Shown piece after piece: positions 12,701-27,700 of a DNA stretch of 49,379 nt. This DNA is from Vicugna vicugna (taxonomy: Eukaryota): NCBI GenBank assembly GCA_013265495.1, contig MU058824.1, positions 4,865,111-4,914,489 on the forward strand, read 5' to 3'. Position 1 is the stretch's first letter; every line of letters begins with the position of its first letter. The notes beneath the pieces are model-generated. The model ran no database searches. It saw only the letters and a list, made by a program, of their open reading frames with translations, and had not been told where the DNA came from. A program made the position numbers and the translations under genes.

Positions 12701-15700
12701 ACCCATGGAAGAAAAGGGCAAGCCCAGGGCTGGGTGCTACTGCCTCCCACCCCTCACATGCCTTTGATCATGCTGACGTCATTGGCCCCATCCCCGATGG
12801 CCAGTGTCACCACCTTCTTGTACCTCTTCACCAGCTCTACCACCTGGGCCTTCTGAAGGGGTGTCATCCGGCAGCAGATCACCCCCTTGCACATGCACGC
12901 CGTTTGCAGCAGTTCTAACTCCAGGTTCCCTTCTAGAGCGTGGGCCTGCAGCACCAGGACACATCCACATTTCAGGCTGCCCCAAAAGGCTCTTGGGACA
13001 GGACCTTCTTAGGCCCTTTCCTTCCCCTCCATACTCCCCTGTACTACATATGTCAGGCAGAGTTGCTCCCAAGGTGCTCCACCCCCCAAGGGAAGCCAAG
13101 CCCCCAAGACAGTTCTAGGCATCCTCACATCTGACCCAGTCTCCAGTGGGAAACCAGTCACGGTCCCTCCCTGGGTCAAATCAGTTGATTGGGTTATAAG
13201 GCCTAGTGACTTTTTGGAGGACCTGGTTCTGCTCATTTCCCCCTACTTCTATGTGACAGGCCACATCAGTAATGAAGAGTTTGGAAAAGGAAGAAATATG
13301 CCATTGGCTTCTCTTTTCTCATTATTCCTGCCTACAGAAGGGTGGGGAAATTTGTCTGTCGGAGAAGGGCACCTGAAGGCACAGGGAATAGGGTAACTCA
13401 TGGAATAGTGCAAGGATCTTCAAATTTCCCTGAAGTGGGTTGGACCTAGGAAAAAGGTTCCTTGGAAGAAGAGAACGGAGTTGTAGGTCTGTGTTGCCCA
13501 CCAGACTGTAGCCATTGATGACCAAGCCATAGTTGCCACTGGGCACCTCCTCAGGTATCTTGAAGGGTATTCTGGGCTTTGCAGTGAGGTAATCATCTAT
13601 TGGGTCTGATTCCAGTAGAGACTGGGGTTTCATCTTTTCCCTTGCTGACCTGAAAGCCAAGAGTGATGGTTAGTGTCTGACCTGAAGCCCCAGAGCTTAG
13701 GAAGGAAAGTGTGTCCCAAAGCAAAAGTGGGCAAGGTGGATACAGAGTCTCTGCAAAGTACCAGCCAGAGCCTCAGACTTGACTGCCTCCTGAGACCTGC
13801 CATTGCCTTAGGTCCCTGACCACCTACATACAAAACTTCTCCACCCCTACACTCCAACTTCTTGAGCCCTAATGCTTCTTCATAAAATTCTCTCAACTAT
13901 TTTAGGTTTTTTTTTGTTTTTCCCTCATCCATTTCTTCTCTGGTAATGTGAGGGCCATACTGGGTAAAGAAATGGGTGGGAAATCTTGGGTCCAGGGATG
14001 GCAGCCTCCCATCATACCTGAGTTCTTGCCACACAGTCTCATTATCCTCGCCTTCCACGATAAACATCCCATCCATTTCATCGTCAAATATGTTACAGGC
14101 GTAGGCAATGTTCACAGCAGTCTCTAAAGGCAGGAGAAATACTGTCGCATTCCAGGGTCTTTACAGCATACAGGTACAAGGGCGCTAACAGCACGCTGTA
14201 GAGACCAGAGGTCCATATTTTCCATGGATGCAGTCAAAGTGTTATTTTTCATAAGTCAGTGGAGATCATATTCAAACATCCAGAGGAAATTGTCTACCTG
14301 GTACAGACTTGCAAGTATTTATCAATAACTAGGATCACTCTGGCTTAGCTTTCTCTACAAAGCCTTCTGCTATTTCTTAAAGCAATTCCAGCCTGGATTC
14401 ACTTCTCCAGGCAATCTGGATGTATTTCCTTGAACAGCGCTGTGCGCATTTCTACGCTAGATTTCATAGGGAACTGAGATATGTTTAGGTTGTAGTCTTT
14501 CCTTTGCATCAAACAAACGGCTAAGGAAAAAAAATGAAATAAAAAATAAAAAGAAAAAATGGCCAAACTGGACAGGGAAGAGGACTGGGCAGGTGAGGAA
14601 CTACCCTTTACCTTGCTTATCTCCAGTTAAGACCCATATTTTAATTTTGGCTTGGCTCAGGGTGATGATCGTCTCAGGTACTCCATCCTGCAGCTTGTCT
14701 TCTATGGCTGTGGCCCCTAACAGCTTGGAACAGAGATATCCATGAGTGAGGAAAAGGGAGAGTCACAGCATTTTGTGGCACCCAACAACTCAACTGGCAC
14801 CTCAGCAACCTCCTTAGTAAGCTGGCTCTGTCCTGGTACAGGGACTCCAACGGTATAAAACTCAGCACACTCTGCCCCTCAGCAGACATAGCTTTTCAAC
14901 CACACACTGAAACCAATTTTAGAAACACAGAATATTAAGGACCAAAAAGGGAAAAGACTTGTCCAAGTCGTCCATGAAGCTTTGTGCCACTTCTAAATCG
15001 TCTGCTTCATAACACACTTTCACGTCTCCCTTGCTTCATAGCACGTTCCTGGCTTTGGAATCCAATCCTGCCCCCAACCTGTCCCTGGCTTCCTCACACT
15101 AACCATCAAGTCTTTTTCAATCTCTTCATAGACAATTGATATTTTATTTTCCCGATCCTCCAAAGACAGGAAGGCCTCGCTGTGCTTCCTGCTCCAGTCC
15201 TGGAAGAAAGCATTGTCCAGTTCTCGGTAGGCCACCATGAGGGTACGAAGGCCGTCACTGGCAAAATCCTGGAAGACATGCGTGTGCACTGAGTGCACCT
15301 GGGTCGGGTTAGGGCTGAGTTAAGGGAATGACAGACTAACCCCACAGATTCCATCTGCCTGCAAAATAGAGTTTATTGGTTAGTACCATGGGGCTAGTAC
15401 CTAGCCTAGTCAGAAAGCATCTGTTGAGTTTTTCTCTGCAAAACGCCCTAAGGTTGGGGTCAGCAGAGCTGGGGATAAAGTTTGAGAGTATTTCTGAGAG
15501 ACAGAAGATTCTAACTTCTACCTGTCGTTAGGTCATTTGCTGTATGACCCTGTAAAGAATGAAGCCTTCTGGGTTTCTTTCTTGTAAAATTAGGATAATA
15601 ATTCACTTCTCTTGGGACTATACCTAGGAGTGGAACTGTTGGGTGTGTGACAACTCTATGCTTAACTTTTTCAGAAACTGCTAGACTGTTTTCCAAAATG

Positions 15701-18700
15701 GCTGCATCATTTTACATTCCATCAGCAGTGTATGAAGGTTATAATTTCTCTATATCCTTCCTAATACTTATTATTGTCTGGTCATCTTTTAGATTTTAGT
15801 TACCCTAGTGGTATGAAGTAGAATCTTGTGATTTTGATTTGCATTTCCTTGGATATCTAATGACATTGCACATCTTTTCATGTGCTTATTGGCCATGTGT
15901 TCTCTGACTTATGACTATGTGTTAATATAGGGTCAAGACAAAATGGCCTAATAAAATAGTATTTCCTCCAATCTAGTTTTTCTTTAAAATATTTTTCTGA
16001 TCTGCCCCTTCCCCACCACATCCCCTGTTCTATTCACCCAACTCTCTATATATCCAGGTTTAAGGGTAGAAACCCCAGAAAGCATGAATCTGCTTTTTGT
16101 CTCTAAAGCCAGCAGACTGGAGCCACTCTCTCTTTCAGATACATCTCAAATCCTAGAGGGTGGAAGTGGAAATACACTGACACAGGGACACATATGTGGA
16201 CACACACAGAACCACCCACAGCTTCCCTCCCCTGCAACCTAAACACTTACATCTAAATGTTCCATGGTCACGTCTCTGAGGGATCTACAGGATGGATGAA
16301 GTAGCTGGCAGAGGATGGTGTCTGCACCCTTGCAGAACAACATTACACGGTTTTCAGGTGTCCTCACTAAGGATAAACAAATTAAGTGAAGTAAACACAT
16401 AGGTCCATTATTACAAGAACCTGTCTGGGCCTCTGAGGGACAGCAGGAGTCTGTTCCCATGACATTAGTTTCTGATACCTCTAGGGGCTAAGTACTCAGC
16501 GAGTGGTCACACAGGATAAGTGATGTGCTGAGGGCTGGTGAGAGTGAGAGAGGACCTTTTGGAACCAGTTTTTTCATGGGTTGTTCAACATCACCAATGG
16601 AAGACTCTGGTACAGAATCACATTTAGCTTCTCAAGTCCAAGTTCCAGACCAAGGCTCATACCTAGTAAGGACCAAGGATGAAAAATGACCTTCTTCCTC
16701 TTCAGTCTGAGGCCTAAACTAATTGAGAGTAAGATAGTATGAATTTCCCTTATATTGTCTGCTCTCATTTCTTATTCTGAGTTCAGGCTTTATGGATTTA
16801 TTCTCTGTTCTGTTCTTGCTTTCGAGGATTCTGACAAGCCACTGCCCAGGATCACTAAAGGAAGGCCCTAGCACATGGTAGTAGGCTCACATATGTGTAT
16901 ATGAGAAAATATAAAGGACTATTGGAAAGTGGGAATGGCTGTGTATTTGTACTTGAGGCACAGTACCTATGAAATGGCATGTGTGTGGGAAAAAACATTT
17001 GTGTATAGAAAGAAGAGAAAGTCATCGTGTGAATGTATATGAAAGACGAATATAGGGAGATGACCGACTAGGAGGGGCACCCACCAATCACAGACATCCT
17101 CTTGCGCACATTGTTGAAGTCCAAGATAGCCAGCAGTTTGTAGATTCTGGTTTCTCCCATTTCGACTATCATGATTGTCTCAGACGTGCGGGAACGGAAC
17201 ACAAAGCCAAAGTTCCTGGCAGCAGTGACCAGGGCACCTTCATCTGGGGACTGAGCCTGGTAAACCAGCTCACCTGGCAGGAGAGAAGAGGGCAGCCAGA
17301 GCCCACAGAGATGTGCAGCTGAAGTCCACCCAGAAGCGAGACTGTCTTCCAAGTGGCTTACATAAAGATGGATCCCAGGAGGGGATATCTTTCTTCAAAA
17401 CTTCCTCACAAATCTGGCCCTAAAAGGCCAGGCTGCATAGAACAGGTCAGTTTTTTTTTTTTCTCCCAGTATTTCCAACTAATTTCACAGACCTGAGTTA
17501 GTATTACAGAGATACATGGTACATGTACACAAACGAACAAAACATAGGTCAGTTACTCTCCAACTTTAGTGGGTAAAGATGGCTCAGCGGGGTGGAGGTG
17601 GGGGGAGAGGGTTGTTAAAAATGCAGGTTCCTGGGCCCTCCCCAAACTTACTGAACCCAGAATCACAAAATCTGGGAGGACGGCCCAGGAAATTGAATTT
17701 TAACAGATCTCCTGGGTATATCTCATGGAGATGGTCCTACATAAAGTGCTCCTGCATAAGGCTGGCTGCACTTTGTTGAACACAGCTATAAGATAATAAG
17801 ATTGATGGTTTAGTAAACAAAAAACATATATGAATGAGTACTGCCACCTTTGAAACTCTCACCCTGGGAAGCTAAATGACTTACCCTGCTGAATTAATCT
17901 TTCAATTTCATATTACACAAGATATTTTTGGAAATCCTTTTTTAGAATATCCTCATAGCCTGAAGTATATTTTAAATTATTTCTCTTTTGAAGGTCAATT
18001 TGATTTTTAAAGTTATTGTATCATCAGAATCTTATACTTGTAAATAAGGTAGGTGGGGAGTATAATTTTAGGTCAGACATAAGATATGTTCATGGGATGA
18101 TAAGATTATTTTATTGTGTGTTTCCTATCTTGTCACTCAAGGCAGTAAACAAAGATAAGTCCAAATATGTTTCAAGTAACAGCAGCTTGCTGGAATGTCA
18201 GACCCTGGAAGGCCTGTAATGGGTGGGAGCTCGTGGGGCCAGAAGACATGAGATTTGGGTTCTTATCTCATTTATGCCTTTCTTAGCTATAGGATTTTAG
18301 TCACTTAATCTCTTCAGCTTCCTTCCCTATAAAACTAGGATTACTCTTCTTGCTCTGCAGAGGGCTGTTGTGAAGATTGTGGGAGATAATATAAATGAAA
18401 GCAATTTGTACAACTGTAAAGTGATGTACAAATGTAAGGTGTTACTCATGACAGCATTATATTAAGATTACATTGACTTTAAAGGATGCAATTTACTTGG
18501 TTGCCTAAATTCTTGTTTGTTAAGGAAAAAAAAGTCTTCTTAATTTAAAATCAGTAGTTTTTCATTATTGCTAATAAAGTTTCTATAAATTCACGGATGA
18601 CAGAGTCATATTTGGTTAGTAAGGAAATTATGGCACATGGGGATACTGTTAAATTGTGAAGTGACAAGAGGATGACTTAACTCATCCTTCAGGAAGTCCT

Positions 18701-21700
18701 GTCAGAGATAGTGGGGCTGGTCTCAGAAACAAATAAGATAATCTCTGTGACAGAACACCGTAGTCTCAAGACTGGAAGCTCCCCAGATAGCACCAAGTTG
18801 GACCCCTAACCAATGGCTCGACCTTCTTTTAGACCAAGGAGTTGTTTTCTATTGGAATGTCTTCAGTGACTAGGAGCTCGCTACTTATCCTGACTGTCCA
18901 TTCCATCAATGGACAGTGCTTTCTATTAGAAAGTTCTTTCTTAGATTAAGTTGTTACAAATGATACCAAACCACCCCCACCTCCAACCAGCCTAGACTCC
19001 ATGACGTATTCTCAGTCCATGAGGCCTCAGGTCCCTCCTCACCTTCTACCTTCTCTTCTGGTATCACAGTATGACACAACGAGAGTGACACGAAAAACAA
19101 GTGTACCCAGCGATCTCCCTTTTTCACTGCTTCCACTAAAGTCTTGTCATAAAATGAAAACTTAGGATCAGCCAGTCTGTTGTAGGAGAAATCGACTTTT
19201 TCTGTTTTCTAGAACACATAAGTCAGAACAAACTTCTCAACAGCAGCTTGATGCCTTATAGAAGGTCAATCGGGGGCAATTTTTGGAATGTGATGAGAAC
19301 TCTTTGGAGGATGAGAAAAGCCAGACAGATGAAGGAGACCCCATGCTGGTTTCTAAGGCTTTTGCAGCTCTGACCTGGACCATCCATACACTTGGAAAAG
19401 GTCCATCCCATAGGAGACAAGCTGAGCACTGCCTGGTAGACCCTTCTTGCCCTCTTTACACTCCAGCTCCCCTGAATGACCAGTGGCCAGCTTCAGGTTC
19501 TGTTCATCCGAGTCCCAAGTCCCTGATAATCAAACCTGAGGATATGAGAGGGTAACTGTTCCCCCCTGGTAAATGGTTTCTGGAAAAAGTTTCTTGTCTC
19601 TGGCAGTCCCTCTGCCTAGTTTGGGGAGCTGGGAAGGGAGCTAGATACAAAGACATCACTGTGTTGCACTATTCCTATTTCACCCCCCAAGTGGGCTAGA
19701 GAGGAGTACTGCAAGTTAGAAGCAAGGCTGTTTAACAAGAGGCTTCAATACAGGCTTCTTGTTCACAGACTTAATTTTAAACCATTTCACTTAACCCGTC
19801 AGCATACCTGATTCCTTCCTGCCTCCAATCCTAAAGGTCATAACTTTGCTTCAATCTTTGGACCAAATATTTACTACCATTTTCCTGGCTATGAGCATGG
19901 CTCCTTTACAGTGTTGACTATCATTCCTCATTTCAGGTAGGCTGCTGGGAACAACCTTGGGTAAACGCTTTTTTCTGGCTCAATTTGGTCCTGAGACTCT
20001 CTTATGCTCACCCTGGAATGGGGTGTTGTTAACAGATTTTTTCCAGCCCACACCAGAACTCTCAAGGCTATTTCACTAGTTCTTTATAGTTATGGTGCTA
20101 CCTGAGCTGGGCCCCAATGTGTCAAGTACAGACACAACTGTCCTGCATGGTTCTATGTTGGGGGAAGTGAGGTTTGTAGTGAGCATTATTGGCTCTTTTT
20201 TATATCCCGCCTAGAGGGAATTTTGTCATGGCAGTGAGGAAGTATGGTTAATTCCAGAGTGAAGTCCTAGACCTGGCCAACCACAGAGCTGTGAGCTCTA
20301 GGAAGTTTGTGGGTTCAGTAATTTAAGATATCTCATTACATAGCATCCTCTGGCTTTTCCAGAACTGGGCTCTTGTACTGGCACATTCTCTAAAACCAAA
20401 AGCTGGTGAGTGATGAGAGAGAAGCTGGAGAGGTAGACATGATGCAGATCCTGCATTACCATCTTATATGTAATAGGGAACCATAGCACTTTTCTGCTGG
20501 GAAGGACATAATCATATAGTCCTCTGGTAGCAGCATGGACAGTAAAACTGGAAGTAGCAAGATGGAAGACCAGTTAGAAGGCTATTCGGTAATTTACAAG
20601 AGAAATGATGAAGTAGTAACAATAAATATTAAAAAAAGGGGATGGTTGAAAATATAGGGAGCTAGAATTAATATGACATGGATATGAGAAGTGAAAGAGA
20701 GAGTTAGGAATAATTTTATATTTCCTAATTGGGCCCCTGGAAAGATGGTAAGAACATTCACTGAGACAGAATACCTAGCAGGAGGAGGTTTTTGACAGAC
20801 CAAACTGGAGATAGCCGAAGGACGTACAAGTAGTAATGAAAGCAGGCGTATACAGTTTTGAAGTGCAGGTAAGAGATCTGAGCTACTTTCTAATCTCCCC
20901 TTCCAGGCAAGTAATGCTTGAGAACACTGGACCTGGCTGGGTACTGGACTAAGGCCAGGCTGGCTTGGAGCTGCAGTACAGCATGGGTAATCAAAGAGGG
21001 GCAAAAAAGGAGAACTAGTAAGGTATTAAGGATGTTTATGATTTGGGGGTACAGATCGGGGGGGCAAGATAGGAAAGGAAGTAAAGTCACAAGGGATTGA
21101 CAGACTGGAGAAAAAGGAGAGCAAAGAGTTTATAAATCTTCCTGAGATAAGAAAGCAGGCATACTAGGAGTCAAGTACCAAAAGAGCTGGAGGAATAAGG
21201 TTTGTGATCAGAGATCATGACAAGAGAGTTTACAATTTCAGACCAGTACAATTCTGGATGGTGACATGATAACATAGAAATGGGTGATAGAGGTTTTTTT
21301 TTAGTCCAAGAAGTCATTTGAAAGATATATTCTTTCAGACATCTGAAAGCATCTATGGTGATAGATCACTCATAAATAAGCCAATACCACCCAAGATGAT
21401 AGCAGGGGTTGGACAGAGAGGAAAAACATGAGCTAAGTTTCAAAGTCCTCAGTGAACAAGGTGGAGAAGCCAGAAGATTCATAAATGTCAATGACAAGAA
21501 GAAAGAGGAGTACAGCCAGAAGTCATAAGCATCACAGGAAGAAAGTGTACATGAGGGAGAAAAAGTGGCACAGGATGATGAGGACAATACCTTTGGGCTT
21601 TTGGTATGCAGAGTATAAGAGATGGAGGAAAAGGGATATTCTCAGAGAAAGTCATCTTTCAATCAAGGCAGGGAGAAGAAGGCATTTTTATGAAGAGACA

Positions 21701-24700
21701 AGGCTGTAGGTAAGTCTGTCTACAAGAGAACAAAGATTCCAGTGATCCAGTGGAAAATGTGTTACGGTCAATCAGTAGCAGAAGGAAGAGGAAAAGAAAA
21801 GAAATTCCAGGATAACAATTTATTCTCTAGAAGCTGTAATTTTGTTTATATTGCCAAGGTCATTAGCACAGTCCCTGGTAGAGGATTTTAGGCAAATACT
21901 GATTTTATTTCCCATTTCCAATGTCTCTGGATGGACAGGGGTGAGGGAGTAGTGAGGAGCTGGAGTTAGCTGTTTGGTATGTAAGTTAAGTGGTTAAGGG
22001 TTTGGAATTGGTTCTAATAGGAAAGGTATGGGGGAGGAGTACCCTGAATGTAATGGAAGAAGCCTTATGAAGAGATGCTTGAAATCAAATCCATAAACAA
22101 AAACTGACATCCAATTCTGGAGAAAACAATAAAAATGAACCAGGTCAAGATAGGAAGGATGAAAAGAAAGATAGTTTTTTAATTATGTGGGTTACAACTA
22201 TCGAGTACCTCACAAATCATGAAGCTATAAGGGAAAAAGACTGATAGATTTGACTACATAAATCAAAAACTTCTAAACAGAAAAAAATTATAAACAAAAC
22301 ACAAAAATGGAAAAAATAATTGTAACATACGTGCCAGGCTAAGGAAAATTTGCTATTTTTACTATATAAAGAGCACTTTCAAGTAAGACAAAAAGGGCAA
22401 AGAATATGAAAAGGCACTTCACAAAATAAGTATAAATGGGCAATAAAGTGATTGGGAAGGGGAAGGAATAAGCACATAAAAATTATTCAATCTGATTAGT
22501 AATCAGAGAAAGGCAAATTAAATATCATTTTCACCAATAAAATTTCTAAAGGTTAAAACATCGATACTCGTTACTGACAAGGCTATGGGAAAAAAGGAAT
22601 TCTCATATATTTCTGGTGGCATTACAAATTGATGCAGTCTATCTGGAGGACAATATGGCAATATTAAATACATTAAAAAAAATCTAACCACCCTTTGACC
22701 AACTAATTTTACTTCCAGAACTTTATTCTAAGAAAAGAATTATCAGAAGAGAAGACAAAAATACACACCCAGGTGCTTTCCATAACACTATAACAGCAAA
22801 AGGAAACAATAAAAACAGGGATTCGCTAAATCAATTAAGATGTATCAATACAGTTGGATATGACACTCATTCCAGATGATGATGTAGACCTAAATATACT
22901 GACATGGAAGGAGGGCCACAATGTAGTGTCAAGTGAATGAAAGGAGACTGAAAATAGCACACATGCTCTTCTTCCTTCCATCCTGCATTCCTATTTACCT
23001 ACCTACCTACCAGGTCTAGACATGTATGCGTATATATACCTATGAAAAGCAACTGAAAGGATATATATCCCCAGATTTTACATTGGTTATCTAAGTGGGA
23101 TTGAATGATTTTAACTTTCTTCTTCATACATTTCTGTATTGTTTGGATTTGTGTGTGTGTGCACAGATTATTCTTTAAACAGAAAAAAACCAATAAAACT
23201 ACACAAACCCAAATCCCCTCAAATAAACAGGTCATTTATATTATACTGTCTGGTGTTACAGGGCCAGTAACAGCTGTGATATTTCCGGGCCTAAGGGAAT
23301 CCCAGTCTGTCAAAGACGCTGCTATGCAGCACAGTCTCACCAGCCTCCCGCATGCAAGTCACAGGGAGCTGTAATCACGCACCTCCGAGATTTCCACCTT
23401 CTGTCTGTTCTTGTCATAGACATCACCTGTGGGTAAGTAAACAAAGTACATACTTGGCAAACGTTTTAAAGAAGGGTTTCCTTTTTTTAAAAAATTGTGG
23501 TAAAATAAGAGTAACATAAATTTTTTTCATTTTAACCATTTTTTTAGTGAACAATTCAGTGGCATTAATAACATTCACAATGTTGTGCAACAATCACCAT
23601 TATATATTTCCAAAACTTTTTCAGCATCCTGAACAGAAACTCACTACTCCTCCCTATTTCCAGCCCCAGGTAACCTCTAATCTACTTCCTATCTCTATGA
23701 ATTTGCCTGTTCTAGATAGTTCATATAAGTTCATATTATATCATATTTCCTATCGTGTCTGGCTTATTTCACCTAGTGTAATGTTTTCAAGAATCATTCA
23801 TGTTGTAGCGTATGTCAGAACTTCGTTACTTTTTATATCTGAGTATTCCATTACATGGATATCTTACAGTTTTTTTTTCACCCATTCATCTGTTGATGGA
23901 CACATAGGTTATTTCTACCTTTGAGCTATTGCAAATAATGCTGCAATGAACACTGGCACAAATCTATCTGTCTGAAGCCCTGTTTTCTTTTTTTTTTCTT
24001 TTTGGTATATGCCTAGGAATGGAACTACTGGGTCATGTGGTAGTTTAAAGGAGGATTTTTAAAAGCTTATTTCTTCTGATTCTGTCATCCTAGACTTGTA
24101 GTCAATCTCTTCAAATCCCCTCAGACCATCTAGCCCTCCGTGCACCATAAGCCCCCTTCCCCAAGCCAACGTAAGAATAATGCTGCTTGGGCTGCGACTC
24201 CTCTCCTCAAGTGTGAGTGAGGTGAGCTTGGAGGCTAGTTGTCTGTCAGAGACTTTGTACCTCAGGAAGCCCTTCAATCAGAAAATTTACCTAGAAGAGA
24301 CGTGAAAGTAGTGCTGGGATGTTTAGGATTCTTGGCCGTACGGATGGAATGGGGGTGGAAGGCAGACTGAAGCCAAGCGCAGAAATTCCTGTGACCCTTT
24401 CCAGTCTTACTCAGTGTATGGTCAGGTCTTAACAATCAGCAAGAAAATTAAGATCCTCACCCAAATCAACCATTCAAAAGTAAACTTTCACAGTTTATAC
24501 ATGTGAAAACTTATTTGGTAGGGGTAATAGAAAACAACCCTAACAAATAGAGTGCTCTAGCTTTAAATTTTTTTTTAATTTAAAGTTTTCATTTTTAAAA
24601 TTATGGTGAAATTCACATAACATACAATTAACCATTTTATTCAAGTGTAAAATTCAGGGGCATTTAGTGCATTCACAGTCTTTCACAACTACCACATCTT

Positions 24701-27700
24701 TCTAGTTTCAACGCTTTTTCATCAACCCAGAAGAATGAATATCCCATGTGCTGTAGGTTTGTAGACGTGATTGCTCTCCTTAGATAGTTCTTAGCTAGTT
24801 AGTGCACTGGGCATGAATGTTCACACATATGAGGGTTTAACACTATCACAAAAACAAGCTTACGCTTAAAGCAGGAAATAAATGAATAACTGGGTATGGG
24901 ATACACAATCAAACGCTGAATACCCTTTGATGGGTTCTTTCTAGACTGTTTATTGGTCTGAGAGGGAATCAGGAGATTAGCAGCTACAGTGATATGCTGG
25001 TTGTGCAATCTGATTTAATGTGAGAATAACTAACATTCCCAAGACATTAGGAATTCCTTGAGAACAGAGATTAAGTCTTAGACATCTTCATATTTTCAAT
25101 GTCCAGCACAATGGTTTGCATCTACAAGATGTTAAATAAATGCTTTTTGGTAAGAACTGAAGGGGCTAGGTGATCTTTGCTTAGTGAACAGAGCAGGCTG
25201 TGAGAATAAGAAGTAAAATGTGAATTTAGAGGCATACAAATTTAGAGATTATTCTTGAGAACAATCAGCAAAGTAAAATTTCTCCAGGACTCAGGGAAAG
25301 CAGGAAGACATGCATACCATAGAATTTCCCATTAATAGAACACTTGCTGAAAGTCATGATGTTCCGAGTTAGGGTCCCTGTTTTGTCGGAGAACACATAT
25401 TTGACCTGGCCGAGCTCCTCATTAAGGGTGGTGGTGCGAGCCTGCGCTGGTGTGTTCTTTAGTTCATAAAACATCTTCCGATCCCAGTTGATATAGAAAC
25501 TGTTGCCCAATCTTATTATCTCAACACTAAGGAGAAAGCAAGAAAAGAAGCAGCAGAAGTGAATTCACCATCCTGGTTTCCTTCTTACCAGTCTTGTGGT
25601 AGAACTGAAAATCAGAATATCTTCCTCGGGAACCTATGATCTTGAAGGACCCTTCCTACTAGCCAATCCATTGTAATTCTGACTTTGACCATTATCACTC
25701 AGGGCTTTACTTGATTACCAGAAGAAAGTGATTAACTTTGCTGAGACATACTCCCTTTACAGCCTTTCTTCTAAAAATTCTGAAATTCTGCAATAATGCA
25801 AGGCCTGACAGAGTTAAGAACTAATTTATAAAAGCCTGCCTAGACTTAATTAGAGGATTATTGCTGCTGTCATGTAAATCCATCAGTGGGGAAGAGAGAA
25901 GTTTGAAACAGTGCTTCAGTTTCACAAGAGGAAGGGGAAGATCTGTGAGACTCAGAAATAGCTTACAGGAGCTGACCCTCTGAGATATTTCCAGGCAGAC
26001 ACAGTCTGCTTCTGGAATAGCTTTTCCCCGTAATAGCCTCCTCTCCATTTTCCCTGAATTACCCCAATTGCCTTTGTCACATTCTTCTTCTGTTCCAAAT
26101 AACATGTGTTACAGATTCTTTATGGTTAACAAGCATCTTCTTTAAAGCAATGAAGACTTTTAAGGGGCTTCCTTCTTATCATCATTTATGCCTGGTGTGT
26201 GTTAGTTTAGATTGCTTCAATAGTAATCCCTGTCTGAGACAGCTGCACTGAGCGACATGGGTTTTTTTGTTTGAGGTGAGGGAGGAGGTGCTCAGGCCCA
26301 TGTTATTGACTTTATTAGTCCTTGTATGTTGAGTCTTGACCCTCCCTTCCTTCTCCATACCAGTCACCATAGCAATCCCTCTAAACTCAGACATTTAATC
26401 ACATCCTTTCTTTCCTTAGAAAGATCTTTATTGCTTTTAGGATAAAACCCAAACTCCCTGGCATGGCATTCAAGGGTCTCCTGGATCTGATCCTAAATTA
26501 CCACCCAACACCTTAGTCTAGGCTACTCACTATTCTGTGGTCAGATCAAGCTTAAAAGAAAATTGCAAACCTTTGTACACAGTGGTCTTTCTGCTGCAAT
26601 ATTCTTTTCCTATTTTCTACTTGGTAAATTCTACTCTTTTCTCAAATACCAATTTGATCATTACCTTTCTCTATAAATCCCTAAGCCTCTCCAGGCAGAA
26701 CAAACTCATTCCTTTTCTAGGCTCCCATAGCATTCACATATATCTCTATTATATCATTTTTCATATTGTGCCATAATTATCTACTTAAGTATTTGTTTCC
26801 ATGGCTATGTTTTAAGTGTATCTAGAGGAAGAGTTGTCCTATTATTCATGTTTCTTTGTCTGGCAGTTAATATAGTGTTTGGCACACAGTAGGTGTTCAA
26901 TAAATATTTATTAAATTAGTAAGATAATTTAGTTATATAGGGTGCTTTTGGGGTTGGGATGCCACAGTGCAGGGTTCACGAAAGCTGAAAAGAAGGATGC
27001 AAAGAATGTGTTTGGGTGTTTGTATGTGAAAGGGAATGTTGAAAACAGAAAAAGGAGATCAGAGTAAAGACTTATTTTACCTATATTTCCAATTTTTGTC
27101 CAAGGTGCTCATGAAAAGGGGGAGGAAATATCATTCATCTTCTGCAGCTTTTAGGAACCAGAACTTAAGTCACAATTACACCTATCTACCATTTGCCACA
27201 TTGCTTCTGTGGGAAAATTCATGTTGAGTTCTGAATTAACTGATTTACAAGTGAATGTTTGGAGTCTATCTCACTGATAAACTAGGGGCTGCCTGGCTTA
27301 TGCTTTAGCATCACCGAATTTGTGTGCATTTTTTTCTAATTATTTCATGTGTTTGTATGTCTTATTTAGACATGTACATTATAAACTATTAAGGGGCAGT
27401 GATAATTTTCTTTTTGTATAAGCCACATAGTACCTAGCATGGTATTCTGGATCAGGAAAGCATTTATGCAATCTCCAGATATTTTTCAGAGTGTTTTGTA
27501 TACTAGGCACTGTGGAAAGTAAAAGAGTTAAAGAGCACAGACTCTATGCTTTCTAAAAGTTCACATTTTAGTTGGGGAATTAAGCAGGAAGTATGAAGTC
27601 AGCTGCTCCCCTGGTGATCAAAGAAGCCCACCTGACATAGAGAGAAATGGGCACCATCGTGTTGAGAATAATGAAGTAGGACCAGAATATGAGGACGGAA

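Noticed and set aside
12637..13134. Several overlapping ORFs around exon T
   Set aside because: Alternative-frame or antisense shadows of a GC-rich coding exon
23427..23440. Perfect + strand donor (GG|gtaagt) suggesting an antisense gene
   Set aside because: It is simply the reverse complement of exon L's pyrimidine tract; there is no supporting chain of + strand exons
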